A stretch of 64,000 bases of DNA from Thermomicrobium sp. (GTDB taxonomy: Bacteria > Chloroflexota > Chloroflexia > Thermomicrobiales > Thermomicrobiaceae). Position 1 is the stretch's first letter. The number at the start of each line of letters is the position of its first letter. Where the stretch lies: NCBI GenBank assembly GCA_026419575.1, contig JANZZC010000133.1, positions 2,496 through 66,495 on the forward strand, in the 5' to 3' direction. Of this stretch, positions 18,523 to 27,858 are shown in pieces. The position numbers and the translations under genes were made by a program. The notes under the pieces were generated by a model, which did no database searches, had not been told where the DNA came from, and saw nothing but the letters and a program-made list of their open reading frames with translations.

Positions 18523-20072
18523 CGCGGGAGAGCGAGGCGCTACCGCACTGGGATGCGGTGGTCGTCGGGTCCGGCCCCAACGGTCTCGCCGCGGCGCTCG
18601 AGCTCGGACGCCGCGGGCGACGAGTCCTGGTGCTGGAGCGAGCTCCGGTGCCCGGTGGGGGGTTGGACACGCGGGCCGGTCCGATTGCCGGTTGCCTCGT
18701 CGACCATTGCGCCACGGTCTTTCCGCTCGCCCGGGCCTCGCCCTGCTTCGCCGCCTCCGGGATCGTCGAGCGCTTGCCTTGGATCGAGTCCCCGGCGGTT
18801 CTCGCGCATCCGCTGGGCGACGGAACGACCGTGCTGCTCTGGCGGGATGTCGAGCGGACGGCTGCGGAGCTCGGCTGCGATGAACGAGGCTACGCGGCGC
18901 TGTTCCGACCGTTGGTGGACGACGCGCCGCAGCTGCTCGCGACGCTGCTCGGCCCGGCGCCAGGACTCGTCCGGTTCCCCGGATCCCGACTGCCGGCGCG
19001 GGCCTTGCTGCGTTTCGCGCGCTCCGGTCTCCGGTCGGCGGCGAGCCTGAGCCGACAGTTCCGATCCGAACGCACGCGGGCGCTCGTCGCTGGGCTGGCG
19101 GCGCACAGCACGTTGCCGCTCGAGTGGGCGCCGTCGGCCGCGTTCGCGCTCGTCCTGGCGATCGCCGGACACCGCGTCGGCTGGCCGCTCCTCCGCGGCG
19201 GCGCGGTCACGCTCGGCCGCGCCCTCGCGGAGGAGGTAGCGAGAGCTGGCGGGAGTGTGGAGTGCTCATTTCCGGTGGAGCGTTTGGCGGATGTACCGCC
19301 TGGGCGCTCGCTCGTTCTCGACGTCGCGCCACCGGCGGCACTGGCGCTCGCGGGCGAGCGCTGGCCGCTGCGGTACCGTCGGACGCTCCGTTCCGTCCGC
19401 CCGGGCCCCGGTGTCTTCAAGGTCGATTGGCTCGTCCGGCAGGGGATTCCGTGGCAGGACGAGCGATGCCGGCTCGCGGCGACCGTGCACGTCGGTGGGG
19501 CCTACGACGAGATCGCGGCTGCGGAGCGGGCGGTCGCGCTCGGGCGCGTGCCCGAGCGTCCGTTCGTCATCCTGGTGCAAGCGAGCCGCTTCGATCGCTC
19601 CCGGACGATCGACGGCGTCGAGGTCGTCTGGGGCTACTGCCATGTGCCGAACGGTTGGAGCGGCGACCTGACGGCCGCGATCGAGGCGCAGGTCGAGCGG
19701 TTCGCGCCCGGATTCCGGGAACGGATCGTCGCGCGCCGGACCTGGGAACCGCGCGAACTCGCTCGCGCGAACCCCAATCTGGTCGGTGGGGATCTCACCG
19801 GGGGATGGCCGACGCTCGGGCAGCTCTTCGCTCGACCGGCCGGCTGGCCGTGGCCGCCGTACTGCACGCCCGATCCGGCGATTTTCCTCGCGAGCGCGGC
19901 GACACCTCCAGGGGGCGGCGTGCACGGGATGTGCGGTTACTGGGCGGCGCAGCAGGTCGAGCGGTGGCTGGCGCGCCTCGACCGGCCTCACGCCGGTCGA
20001 GGTCGCTCTGGGCGAATCGACGCGAACGGCAGGGCGCACTTTCGACCGCGTCCCGGGCCCGCGGCGAGTTGA
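18519..20072 (+). CDS. NAD(P)/FAD-dependent oxidoreductase, phytoene-desaturase (COG1233) family
   Basis: Dinucleotide fold DAVVVGSGPNGLAAALELGRRGRRVLVLE...PGG. 517 aa. ATGA overlap with the preceding thioredoxin-fold gene. Confidence 0.85.
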   Translation: MTRESEALPHWDAVVVGSGPNGLAAALELGRRGRRVLVLERAPVPGGGLDTRAGPIAGCLVDHCATVFPLARASPCFAASGIVERLPWIESPAVLAHPLGDGTTVLLWRDVERTAAELGCDERGYAALFRPLVDDAPQLLATLLGPAPGLVRFPGSRLPARALLRFARSGLRSAASLSRQFRSERTRALVAGLAAHSTLPLEWAPSAAFALVLAIAGHRVGWPLLRGGAVTLGRALAEEVARAGGSVECSFPVERLADVPPGRSLVLDVAPPAALALAGERWPLRYRRTLRSVRPGPGVFKVDWLVRQGIPWQDERCRLAATVHVGGAYDEIAAAERAVALGRVPERPFVILVQASRFDRSRTIDGVEVVWGYCHVPNGWSGDLTAAIEAQVERFAPGFRERIVARRTWEPRELARANPNLVGGDLTGGWPTLGQLFARPAGWPWPPYCTPDPAIFLASAATPPGGGVHGMCGYWAAQQVERWLARLDRPHAGRGRSGRIDANGRAHFRPRPGPAAS

Positions 20073-20104
20073 CGGCGCGTCGCGCGCGCCGTAGACTGCA
20101 TGTG

Positions 20105-20252
20105 CAAGACCTTCGGGGCAGGGTGAGGCGCGAAGGCGCCAATTCCCGACCGGCGGTACAGCCCGCGAGCGGCCTCTGGCCGCAGGATCCGGTGAGGCGC
20201 GAAGGCGCCAATTCCGGAGCCGACGGTATAGTCCGGATGGGAGAAGGTCGTT
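20105..20252 (+). promoter_or_regulatory. FMN riboswitch (RFN element) upstream of ribD
   Basis: Conserved blocks CUUCGGGGCAGGGUGA..AAUUCCCGACCGGCGGUA.AGCCCGCGAGC ... GAUCCGGUGA..AAUUCCGGAGCCGACGGUAUAGUCCGGAUGGGAGAAGG. P1 is GACCUUC pairing with GAAGGUC. Confidence 0.9.
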
Positions 20253-20297
20253 GCTCCGGTCGATCGTACCGGCGCATCAGCGACTTCGACCGAACCT

Positions 20298-20325
20298 GAA
20301 CCCGGGGGCTCTGCCACCCGGGTTC
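20298..20325 (+). terminator. hairpin in the FMN riboswitch expression platform (possible terminator or sequestor)
   Basis: GAACCCGGG-ggctctgcca-CCCGGGTTC followed by GTCGTTGTGG, a weak U tract. It ends 19 nt before the ribD ATG. Confidence 0.35.
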
Positions 20326-20343
20326 GTCGTTGTGGAACGAGCG

Positions 20344-21501
20344 ATGGAGACGAGGCAGACCGCCGCAACACGCGACACCGACCGCCAGTGGATGCAGCGG
20401 GCCATCGCCCTGGCCTGGCGTGCGGCTGGTCGGGTTGCCCCGAATCCGGCAGTCGGCGCGGTTATCGTCCGCGACGGCCGGGTGGTCGGCGAGGGGTGCA
20501 CGAAGCCTCCGGGTGGACCGCATGCCGAAATCGTCGCGCTCCAGGCAGCCGGAGATCAGGCTCGCGGAGCGACGCTCTACGTCACGCTCGAACCCTGCGC
20601 GCACTACGGCCGCACGCCCCCGTGCGTCGAGGCAATCGTGCGCGCCGGAATCCAGCGCGTCGTCGTCGCCCTCCGGGATCCGTATCCGGAGGTGGATGGT
20701 CGCGGTATCGCGGCGCTCCGGGCCGCTGGCGTGGAGGTGGACGTCGGGGTGGAGGCCCCCTCCGCCGCGGAGGTGGTCGCCGGGTATCTCAAGCGGCTGC
20801 GCACGGGGCTTCCCGAAGTGACGCTGAAGTACGCGATGACGCTCGACGGCCGTCTGGCCACGCGAACCGGGCATTCGCGTTGGATCACCGGGCCGGAGGC
20901 TCGTCGGTATGCGCACCAGCTGCGCGACCGGCACGACGCGATCCTGGTCGGTGTCGGAACGGTGCTGCGGGACGATCCGGAACTGACGACCCGGCTCGAT
21001 GCGGCGGACTGCGGCGACGGCGGGCCGCCCCATCCGCTACGCGTCGTCCTCGACAGCCGAGCGCGGACGCCGCCGACGGCCCGGCTCCTCTCGCGCGGCA
21101 TACCGGGCCGGACGTTGATCGTCACGACCGATGCCGCACCGCCGGACCGTCTCGTCGCGTTGCGGGAGGCCGGTGCGGAGCTCCTCACCGTGCCGGCGCG
21201 TTGCGGGAAGGTGGACCTCCGCGGTGCCCTGGGGGAACTCGCGAGGCGCGGCACCAACAGCGTCCTGGTCGAGGGCGGCGGTCTGGTGCTCGGTTCGCTC
21301 TTCGACGAGGCGCTGGTCGACCGGGTCGTCGTGTTCGTCGCGCCGGTGCTCGTCGGTGGGGCGGACGCGCCGGTTCCCCTGACGGGACGCGGTGTGGCCA
21401 CGATGGAGGAGGCGGTACGACTGCGCGACGTACGGGTTCGCCGACTGGGAAGCGATGTCGTGTTCGAAGGGCGCGTGCGTCCGATCGAACTACCGGAGTG
21501 A
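20344..21501 (+). CDS. ribD: bifunctional diaminohydroxyphosphoribosylaminopyrimidine deaminase / 5-amino-6-(5-phosphoribosylamino)uracil reductase
   Basis: Deaminase motifs NP.VGAVIV, HAEI.AL and TLEPC.H.GRTPPC, then the reductase domain. First gene after the FMN riboswitch. Confidence 0.93.
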   Translation: METRQTAATRDTDRQWMQRAIALAWRAAGRVAPNPAVGAVIVRDGRVVGEGCTKPPGGPHAEIVALQAAGDQARGATLYVTLEPCAHYGRTPPCVEAIVRAGIQRVVVALRDPYPEVDGRGIAALRAAGVEVDVGVEAPSAAEVVAGYLKRLRTGLPEVTLKYAMTLDGRLATRTGHSRWITGPEARRYAHQLRDRHDAILVGVGTVLRDDPELTTRLDAADCGDGGPPHPLRVVLDSRARTPPTARLLSRGIPGRTLIVTTDAAPPDRLVALREAGAELLTVPARCGKVDLRGALGELARRGTNSVLVEGGGLVLGSLFDEALVDRVVVFVAPVLVGGADAPVPLTGRGVATMEEAVRLRDVRVRRLGSDVVFEGRVRPIELPE

Positions 21502-21504
21502 GAA

Positions 21505-22167
21505 ATGTTCACGGGGATCATCGAGGAGATCGGTGAAGTTCGCGCGGTGCAACCGATCGGCGGTGGCGGTGCACGCCTCCGCATCGGCTGTCGCGTCGTG
21601 CTCGAAGGAACGAAGATCGGTGACAGCATCGCGGTCGACGGCGTGTGCTTGACCGTGACCGATCTGGCGCGAGACAGCTTTCTCGTCGAGCTCCAGCCGG
21701 TCACGCTGCGACGGTCGGCGCTCGGGACGCGTCGTGTCGGCGACCCGGTCAACCTGGAGCGAGCGGTCGCTGTCGGCGGGAGGTTCGGGGGCCACTACGT
21801 GCAAGGACATGTCGATGGGATCGGACGGGTAACGGCGTCGTACCGGGACGGTCCGGCGCTCGTCGTGCGGATCGCCGCTCCGCCGGAGCTCATGCGCTAC
21901 GTGGTCGAGCGTGGGTTCATCGCGGTGGACGGAGCGAGCCTCACCATCCAACGGCGAACGGCGAGCGAGTTCGAAGTCTCGCTCGTCGCCTATACCCAGG
22001 AGCACATTACCCTGCCGCGCAAGGAAGTCGGAGCGCCGGTCAATTTGGAGGTCGATATCGTCGCGAAGTACGTCGAGCAATTCGTCCGGCTCGGCACGGC
22101 GAGCGGCCTGACCGGTGAGCTGCTCGAACGTGCCGGGTTCGGTTCGGAGTTCGGAGGTCGGTCGTGA
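21505..22167 (+). CDS. ribE: riboflavin synthase (alpha chain)
   Basis: MFTGIIEEIG.V and GDSIAVDGVCLTV, with the duplicated lumazine-binding repeat. Confidence 0.95.
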   Translation: MFTGIIEEIGEVRAVQPIGGGGARLRIGCRVVLEGTKIGDSIAVDGVCLTVTDLARDSFLVELQPVTLRRSALGTRRVGDPVNLERAVAVGGRFGGHYVQGHVDGIGRVTASYRDGPALVVRIAAPPELMRYVVERGFIAVDGASLTIQRRTASEFEVSLVAYTQEHITLPRKEVGAPVNLEVDIVAKYVEQFVRLGTASGLTGELLERAGFGSEFGGRS

Positions 22168-23420
22168 CGCGATTCGAACGGGTCGAGCGAGCCATCGACG
22201 CTTTCCGGGCCGGTCGCTTCGTCATCATCGTCGATGATGCTGAGCGCGAGAACGAGGGAGATCTCGCGATCGCGGCGCAGTTCTGTACGCCCGAGGCGGT
22301 GAACTTCATGGCGCGCGAGGCGCGCGGCTTGATCTGCGTGCCGATGGCGCCGGAGTGGGTCGACCGGCTCGGCTTGCCGCTCATGGTTCCGCCCGATGCC
22401 AACAGCTCCCGGTTCCGCACGGCGTTCACCGTGTCGGTCGAGGCGCGCGAGGGGGTCTCCACCGGCATCTCCGCCTTCGATCGGGCGCGGACGATCCAGA
22501 AGCTCGCGGACCCGACCGCGACGCTCGAGGATTTCATCATGCCCGGACACGTCTTCCCGCTCCGAGCGCGTCCTGGGGGCGTGCTCGAGCGGGACGGTCA
22601 GACGGAGGCCTCGGTCGATCTCGCTCGTCTGGCAGGACTCCATCCGGTCGCGGTCGTCTGCGAGATCATGAGCGCCGACGGGACGATGGCGCGGTTGCCC
22701 GAGTTGGAACGCTTCGCCGCCCGGCACGGGATTCCCTTGGTCCATGTCGCCGATCTCATCGCCTACCGGATCGCCCGCGAGCGGGTGGCGCGCTGCGTCG
22801 CCGAGACGACGTTGCCGACGAGCGTCGGCACCTTCCGTCTCCGTGCCTACCAGCGGTTCGGTGGCGACGAGATCGACCTCGCGCTCGTCATGGGAACGCT
22901 CAAGAGCGACGAGCCGGTGCTGGTGCGGCTCCATTCCGAGTGCCTGACCGGGGACGTCTTCGGGTCGCAGCGCTGCGATTGCGGCCCGCAACTCGAGAAC
23001 GCGATGCAGCGGATCGCGAGCGAGGGGCGCGGCGTCATCGTGTACTTGCGTCAGGAGGGGCGCGGCATCGGCCTCTTGAACAAGCTACGGGCGTATCACC
23101 TGCAGGACCGCGGGCTCGACACGGTGGAGGCGAACCTCCAGCTCGGCTTCCCGGCCGATCTCCGCGACTACCGGGAAGCAGCGATCATCCTGCGTGACCT
23201 CGGTGTCGAGCGCATCCGGCTCATGACGAACAATCCGCGCAAAGTCGCGGCGCTCGAGGATCTCGGGTTCACGGTCGTCGAGCGCGTGCCGATCGAGCTC
23301 CCACCCACGGAGCACAACCGGCGGTCTCTCCAAACGAAGCGCGACAAGTTAGGGCAACTCGTGTTGCTCGACGAACTGACTGCAGTCGTCGGCGAGTCCG
23401 AGCGAGGAGGCGCAGGATGA
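22164..23420 (+). CDS. ribBA: bifunctional 3,4-dihydroxy-2-butanone-4-phosphate synthase / GTP cyclohydrolase II
   Basis: DHBP synthase block (VDD..RENEGDL, GHVFPL) followed by GCH II ([35 protein letters not shown]). Confidence 0.95.
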   Translation: MTRFERVERAIDAFRAGRFVIIVDDAERENEGDLAIAAQFCTPEAVNFMAREARGLICVPMAPEWVDRLGLPLMVPPDANSSRFRTAFTVSVEAREGVSTGISAFDRARTIQKLADPTATLEDFIMPGHVFPLRARPGGVLERDGQTEASVDLARLAGLHPVAVVCEIMSADGTMARLPELERFAARHGIPLVHVADLIAYRIARERVARCVAETTLPTSVGTFRLRAYQRFGGDEIDLALVMGTLKSDEPVLVRLHSECLTGDVFGSQRCDCGPQLENAMQRIASEGRGVIVYLRQEGRGIGLLNKLRAYHLQDRGLDTVEANLQLGFPADLRDYREAAIILRDLGVERIRLMTNNPRKVAALEDLGFTVVERVPIELPPTEHNRRSLQTKRDKLGQLVLLDELTAVVGESERGGAG

Positions 23421-23932
23421 TACGACCCGATGACCAGCCGGTGCGAACCATAGCAGCGTCCTTGAACGGGCGCGGCCGTCGTTTCGCGATCGTGGTCAGT
23501 CGCTTCAACGAGCTCATCTCCAGCCAGCTGCTGCGCGGAGCGCTCGACGGTTTGATCCGTCACGAGGTGGAGCCACAAGCGATCGACGTGGTCTGGGTGC
23601 CTGGGTCGTTCGAGATTCCGCTGACCGCGAAGCGTCTGGCGCAGACCAATCGGTACCATGCCGTCATCTGCCTCGGTGCGGTGATCCGTGGAGCGACGCC
23701 GCATTTCGACTACGTCGCTGGCGAGGTCGCGAAGGGAATCGCGAACGCGTCGCTCGAGACGGGCGTCCCCATCGTGTTCGGCGTACTCACGACCGACACG
23801 ATCGAGCAAGCGGTCGAGCGCGCCGGGACGAAGCTGGGCAACAAGGGGTTCGAGGCAGCGATGACCGCACTCGAGATGGCCAATCTGATGAGCGAACTCG
23901 AGCGCTTGACCGTTTCGTCGCTCGAGGCCTGA
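23417..23932 (+). CDS. ribH: 6,7-dimethyl-8-ribityllumazine synthase
   Basis: [32 protein letters not shown] and FGVLT motifs. ATGA overlap with ribBA. Confidence 0.95.
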   Translation: MIRPDDQPVRTIAASLNGRGRRFAIVVSRFNELISSQLLRGALDGLIRHEVEPQAIDVVWVPGSFEIPLTAKRLAQTNRYHAVICLGAVIRGATPHFDYVAGEVAKGIANASLETGVPIVFGVLTTDTIEQAVERAGTKLGNKGFEAAMTALEMANLMSELERLTVSSLEA

Positions 23933-24154
23933 CGGATCCGGTCGCAGAAGGGGCTCCGGGGCGCACCGAGCCATGCCGGTCGTCCCCGGGCGGGCAGCGT
24001 TTCGTACCCTCGTTCCGACGGTTCCTCGAGCTGCGGAGGACGATGCGAGCATGACCATCGTGGGGTCGGGGCAGCCCCGACCTCGTGCCGCTTGCCGGTG
24101 AGGTCGCGATGCGTCATGCTGAGCGGGCTGGGATCGGTCGGGACGGGGGTGTCG

Positions 24155-25807
24155 ATGGTGCACCGTAGGGCTCCACGCCTCTTCCTCGTGTTCATGCTGC
24201 TCGCGCTGAGTTCGCTTCATCCTCGGACCGTCACCGCAGCCCCGGACGTCGTCGCTCGCCACTGGGTGATTCTGGACGCCTCCGATGGGCGTGTGGTCGC
24301 CGAGCGCGCAGCACGCGAACCGGGGGCGATCGCTAGTCTGACGAAAGTGATGACGGCGCTGGTCGCGCTCGAGCGCGGCGATCTGGAGCGTATGGTGACG
24401 ATCGTTCCCGAGGACCTCGTCGGGGAATCCTCGGCGGGGTTGCAGGCTGGGCAGACGGTGGCGCTGCGGACTTTGTTGTACGGCCTCCTGCTGCGGAGCG
24501 GGAACGACGCGGCGATGGCGATTGCCCGGGCGGTCGGGGGAAGCCCGGATCGCGAAGATCCGGTAGCTCGCGCTCGGTTCGTCGGCTGGATGAACGAAAA
24601 GGCAGCGACGCTCGACCTGCGCGACACCCGCTTCAGGAATCCTCACGGGCTCGACGAACCAGGCCACCGGAGCAGCGCGTTGGACCTGGCGCGCCTGACG
24701 CGTGCTGCCCTGCGCGACCCGCGGTTCGTCGAGATCTTCGGAGCCAGCGAGTACCAGGGGGAAGGTTTCGAGTGGCGACACACGAACCGGCTGCCCGAGC
24801 GCTACCCGGGCGTCGTCGGCGGGAAAACCGGGTGGACCGATGAAGCCGGGCTGTGCCTCATCGAGGTCGCCGAGCGGGCTGGCCGCACGTTGATTGTGGT
24901 GCTGACCGGATCGACCTTCGAGGCCTGGTACGACGATGCCGCGCGATTGCTCGACTACGGCTGGGCGCTCGTGGATCCCATCGAGGGGCCGGCCGAAGCG
25001 ACGGAACTCTTCTCCTGGTGGTGGCACCGCACCGACGATCCGGTCGCCCGTGGGCTTGTCCGACGCACCTGGCTGTGGGGTCCGGCACTCGGGCCGGTGG
25101 AGTGGGAACCCTATCGTGAAGCGCCCGGTGGTCTCCGTCTCGTGCAGTACTTCGACAAGGGCCGTATGGAGCTGACCGATCCGCGGGCGGTGGTCGATGC
25201 GCGCTGGCGCGTCACCGGCGGACGACTGGCCTGGGAGCTCCTGACCGGTCAGCGGCAGGTCGGCGACGAGAAGATCGTCGCGCGTGGCCCGGCGACGGTG
25301 CCGGTCGCCGGCGACCCCGGGAACCCGTTCACCTACGCGCTGTTGGGCACGACACTGCACCGACCGCCCGGACCGCCGGGGGAACTCGTCCGCTCGAGAT
25401 TGCTCCCGACGGGAGACGTCGTCGAGGAGCCGGCGCTCGAGCGATACGGCGTACGGTACGGACAACCTTTCGCGGAGACCGGGCACGGGATCGCCTCGGT
25501 GTTCGCCGACTGGGTCGCGCAGCGTGGACCGGTCTGGGCAGGACAGCGCCTGCGCGACGAGCCGCTCTTCGCGCCGTGGATCGCCGTGCTCGGGTATCCC
25601 GTGACCGAGCCGTACTGGATTCGGGTACCGGTCGCGGGCATCGAGCGCGACGTGCTCGTGCAGTGCTTCGAACGTCGCTGTCTGACGTACACACCGGACA
25701 ACCCGGATGGCTGGCGAGTGGAGATGGGCAACATCGGCAGGCATTATCGGAGTTGGATCCTGGGTGCCGTGTCGGGCAAAGGCCGAGTCGCCGGACGGCC
25801 GTCGTGA
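24155..25807 (+). CDS. serine-type D-Ala-D-Ala carboxypeptidase (S11) with about 290-aa C-terminal domain of unknown function
   Basis: Signal-like LFLVFMLLALSSL, SxxK (ASLTKVMT) and SGN (LLLRSGNDAA) motifs, KTG (GGKTGWT). After about residue 270 the sequence (WWWHRTDDP...YFDKGRMELT...) has no family I recognise. Confidence 0.85.
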   Translation: MVHRRAPRLFLVFMLLALSSLHPRTVTAAPDVVARHWVILDASDGRVVAERAAREPGAIASLTKVMTALVALERGDLERMVTIVPEDLVGESSAGLQAGQTVALRTLLYGLLLRSGNDAAMAIARAVGGSPDREDPVARARFVGWMNEKAATLDLRDTRFRNPHGLDEPGHRSSALDLARLTRAALRDPRFVEIFGASEYQGEGFEWRHTNRLPERYPGVVGGKTGWTDEAGLCLIEVAERAGRTLIVVLTGSTFEAWYDDAARLLDYGWALVDPIEGPAEATELFSWWWHRTDDPVARGLVRRTWLWGPALGPVEWEPYREAPGGLRLVQYFDKGRMELTDPRAVVDARWRVTGGRLAWELLTGQRQVGDEKIVARGPATVPVAGDPGNPFTYALLGTTLHRPPGPPGELVRSRLLPTGDVVEEPALERYGVRYGQPFAETGHGIASVFADWVAQRGPVWAGQRLRDEPLFAPWIAVLGYPVTEPYWIRVPVAGIERDVLVQCFERRCLTYTPDNPDGWRVEMGNIGRHYRSWILGAVSGKGRVAGRPS

Positions 25808-26352
25808 TCGCTCGATTGCGCGCGCCGCTCTCGGAGTATCGGGAGGCGGTCGGGCGCTTCTCGCCAGCGGCCCGCCGACTGCTCGCGATCCTCGCCGCGC
25901 TCGGCATCGGGTACGGTGTCTTCTCGACCCTCTTCACGCTGTACCTGGCTGCGCTCGGGTTCGACGAGCGCTTCGTCGGCGAGCTGGTCGCGGTCGGTAC
26001 GGTAACCGGTGCCCTGGCGAGCGTTCCGGCCGGGGCGGCGTTCGACCGCTACGGCGCACGGGCCGCGTTCCTCGGCGGGCTCGCGCTGACCGGGCTCGGC
26101 ATCGCGATCGAGTGTCTGGCCGTCGACCGTTTCGCGCTGCTCGCGGGTGCAGCGATCGCTGCGGTCGGCGTGGCCGGTGCGATGGTCGCGCAGCCGCCGC
26201 TCCTGACTGCAGTCTCGAGCGAGCGGGAGCGCACCCATCTGTATGGCGTGGCAGCCGCGATCGGTGTGTCGGCGAGCGTGGTCGGGAATCTCTACGCCGG
26301 CGTGCTCCCCGAGCTGCTCGAGCGCTGGATCGCGGAGACCGCGCTGCGCTAA
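25804..26352 (+). CDS. MFS transporter, N-terminal six-helix half (ends at in-frame TAA 26350-26352)
   Basis: GTG overlaps the upstream stop (GTGA). Hydrophobic helices, and FDRYGAR resembles the MFS loop 2-3 motif. It stops in the expected central loop. Confidence 0.6.
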   Translation: MIARLRAPLSEYREAVGRFSPAARRLLAILAALGIGYGVFSTLFTLYLAALGFDERFVGELVAVGTVTGALASVPAGAAFDRYGARAAFLGGLALTGLGIAIECLAVDRFALLAGAAIAAVGVAGAMVAQPPLLTAVSSERERTHLYGVAAAIGVSASVVGNLYAGVLPELLERWIAETALR

Positions 26353-26355
26353 CGG

Positions 26356-27045
26356 GTGACGCTCCTCACCGGCTGCGCACCGGCGCTCCTGACGCTCTGG
26401 TTGGCTCGCGAGCTCGCTGTCGCACCGATGGCCGGGCGGGATCCGCGCGGGTTGTTCTGGGCATGCCTCGCGCATCCAGCGGTGCGCCGCCTGGTTCTGA
26501 CCGGTGTCGCGCTCGCTTCCGGTGGCGGCCTGGTGCTGCCGTTCGTCAACCTGTTCTTCCTCGAGACGTTCGCGGTCGGGAGTCGGGAGATCGCATTCGT
26601 GCGCGTGGGGGCGACGCTGGCGACGGTGGCTGGCGCGCTCGCGGCTCCGTTGCTCGCAGCGCGTGCCGGGCTGCTGCACGGAGTGGTGCTGGGACGATCC
26701 GCCTCGGCACCGTGGCTGTTGCTCACCGATCTGGCACCGACGTGGTGGTCGGCGGGTGGAGCGTACGCGGTGCGTACCTTCTGCGTCTATTGCTCCGATC
26801 CGCTCCACACCGATTTCTCCATGCGCGTGGTACCACCAGGGCTGCGCGCGACGGCGAGCAGTCTGACGTTCCTGAGCTGGAACGTCTCGCTGGCGGTGAC
26901 CGGGTGGATCGGCGGCGAACTCGCGGCCCGAGTCGGTTACCCGGCACTCTTCTCGCTGGGGACGGTGCTCACGCTGGCCGCGGCGGCCTGCTTCTGGTTC
27001 GCCTTTCGGGCTGCCCAGCTCCAAGGGAGCTCACGGACCGGTTGA
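26356..27045 (+). CDS. MFS transporter, C-terminal six-helix half (same frame as 25804-26352, one codon after the TAA)
   Basis: GTG 26356 is in the same frame (TAA CGG GTG). It has six further hydrophobic segments. Together the halves make a normal 12-TMS MFS of about 411 aa. Confidence 0.6.
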   Translation: MTLLTGCAPALLTLWLARELAVAPMAGRDPRGLFWACLAHPAVRRLVLTGVALASGGGLVLPFVNLFFLETFAVGSREIAFVRVGATLATVAGALAAPLLAARAGLLHGVVLGRSASAPWLLLTDLAPTWWSAGGAYAVRTFCVYCSDPLHTDFSMRVVPPGLRATASSLTFLSWNVSLAVTGWIGGELAARVGYPALFSLGTVLTLAAAACFWFAFRAAQLQGSSRTG

Positions 27046-27858
27046 GCTACGGAACGGGACCTTGCGGTCGCTCTCGTTCAGCGACCAGAATCGCTCGGTC
27101 AGACCGCCGTCGCCGAGTTCGGCCGCGTACCGCCGGAGCGTCGCCTCGACGTCGCCGAGGTCGCGGAAGATGAACGCGAGTTGGCTCCGGTACTGGTCGA
27201 TCGCCGCGATCCGCCGCTCGAAGAGTTCCTCGGTAAGCGGCACGATCCAGGGGGGACTCGGCGCGTGGAGCGCGAAACGCGCGAGCGTGGCGCGGCCTGA
27301 CACGGTCGCCGCGTAGGGAAGATCCTCGTAGCACCAGACGACGAACCCGCGATCCGCCAGGCGCTGGCCCACCGCCCGGGCGAGCTGGTGATCGACGTGG
27401 TTGCCGATCGCCAACGGAGCGAAGACCGTCACCGGCTTCGGGAGCGCTTCCAGGAAGGCATGGACCTCGTCGGCGAGTTCTTCGAGCAGTCCGGCGTCGT
27501 CCGGATGGATCGGACCGAACAGTTCGTCGTCGGAGGTATAGCGAGCGTCGCGGTAGATCGCGTCAGGATAGTCGAGCCAGCGAGCGGTGGCGCCCAGAAC
27601 GGCTGCGGCAGCTAGTTCCTCGTTCCGGCGGATCCGGATGACCGTGGTGTCGTCGAGCCCGCGCCAGCGGTGCTGCTGGCGTGCGAACGGCGTGAGGGGA
27701 CCACGCGGTTCGCCGCCGAAGAGCGTGAGGATGATGGTGTCGATGCCGAGGGAACCGAACAGCGCCACCGTGCCGCCGCACGACAACGGCACGTCGTCGA
27801 AGTGCGGCGAGAGGAAGAGCGCGCTCGCCGATGGATCAGACGTACCGGACGCGAGCAT
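27031..27858 (-). CDS. PIG-L / LmbE family deacetylase (second copy in window)
   Basis: LFLSPHFDDVPLSCGGT and later HxDH (GNHVDHQ) motifs. 23-nt overlap with the selB 3' end. Confidence 0.85.
   Translation of the reverse strand: MLASGTSDPSASALFLSPHFDDVPLSCGGTVALFGSLGIDTIILTLFGGEPRGPLTPFARQQHRWRGLDDTTVIRIRRNEELAAAAVLGATARWLDYPDAIYRDARYTSDDELFGPIHPDDAGLLEELADEVHAFLEALPKPVTVFAPLAIGNHVDHQLARAVGQRLADRGFVVWCYEDLPYAATVSGRATLARFALHAPSPPWIVPLTEELFERRIAAIDQYRSQLAFIFRDLGDVEATLRRYAAELGDGGLTERFWSLNESDRKVPFRSSTGP

Noticed and set aside
26350-26352. Whether the stop codon splitting the MFS gene is a recoding event.
   Set aside because: The codon is TAA, not TGA or TAG. There is no downstream SECIS- or PYLIS-like hairpin, and it sits in a loop with no catalytic residue. 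A nonsense mutation or a split gene is the simpler explanation.
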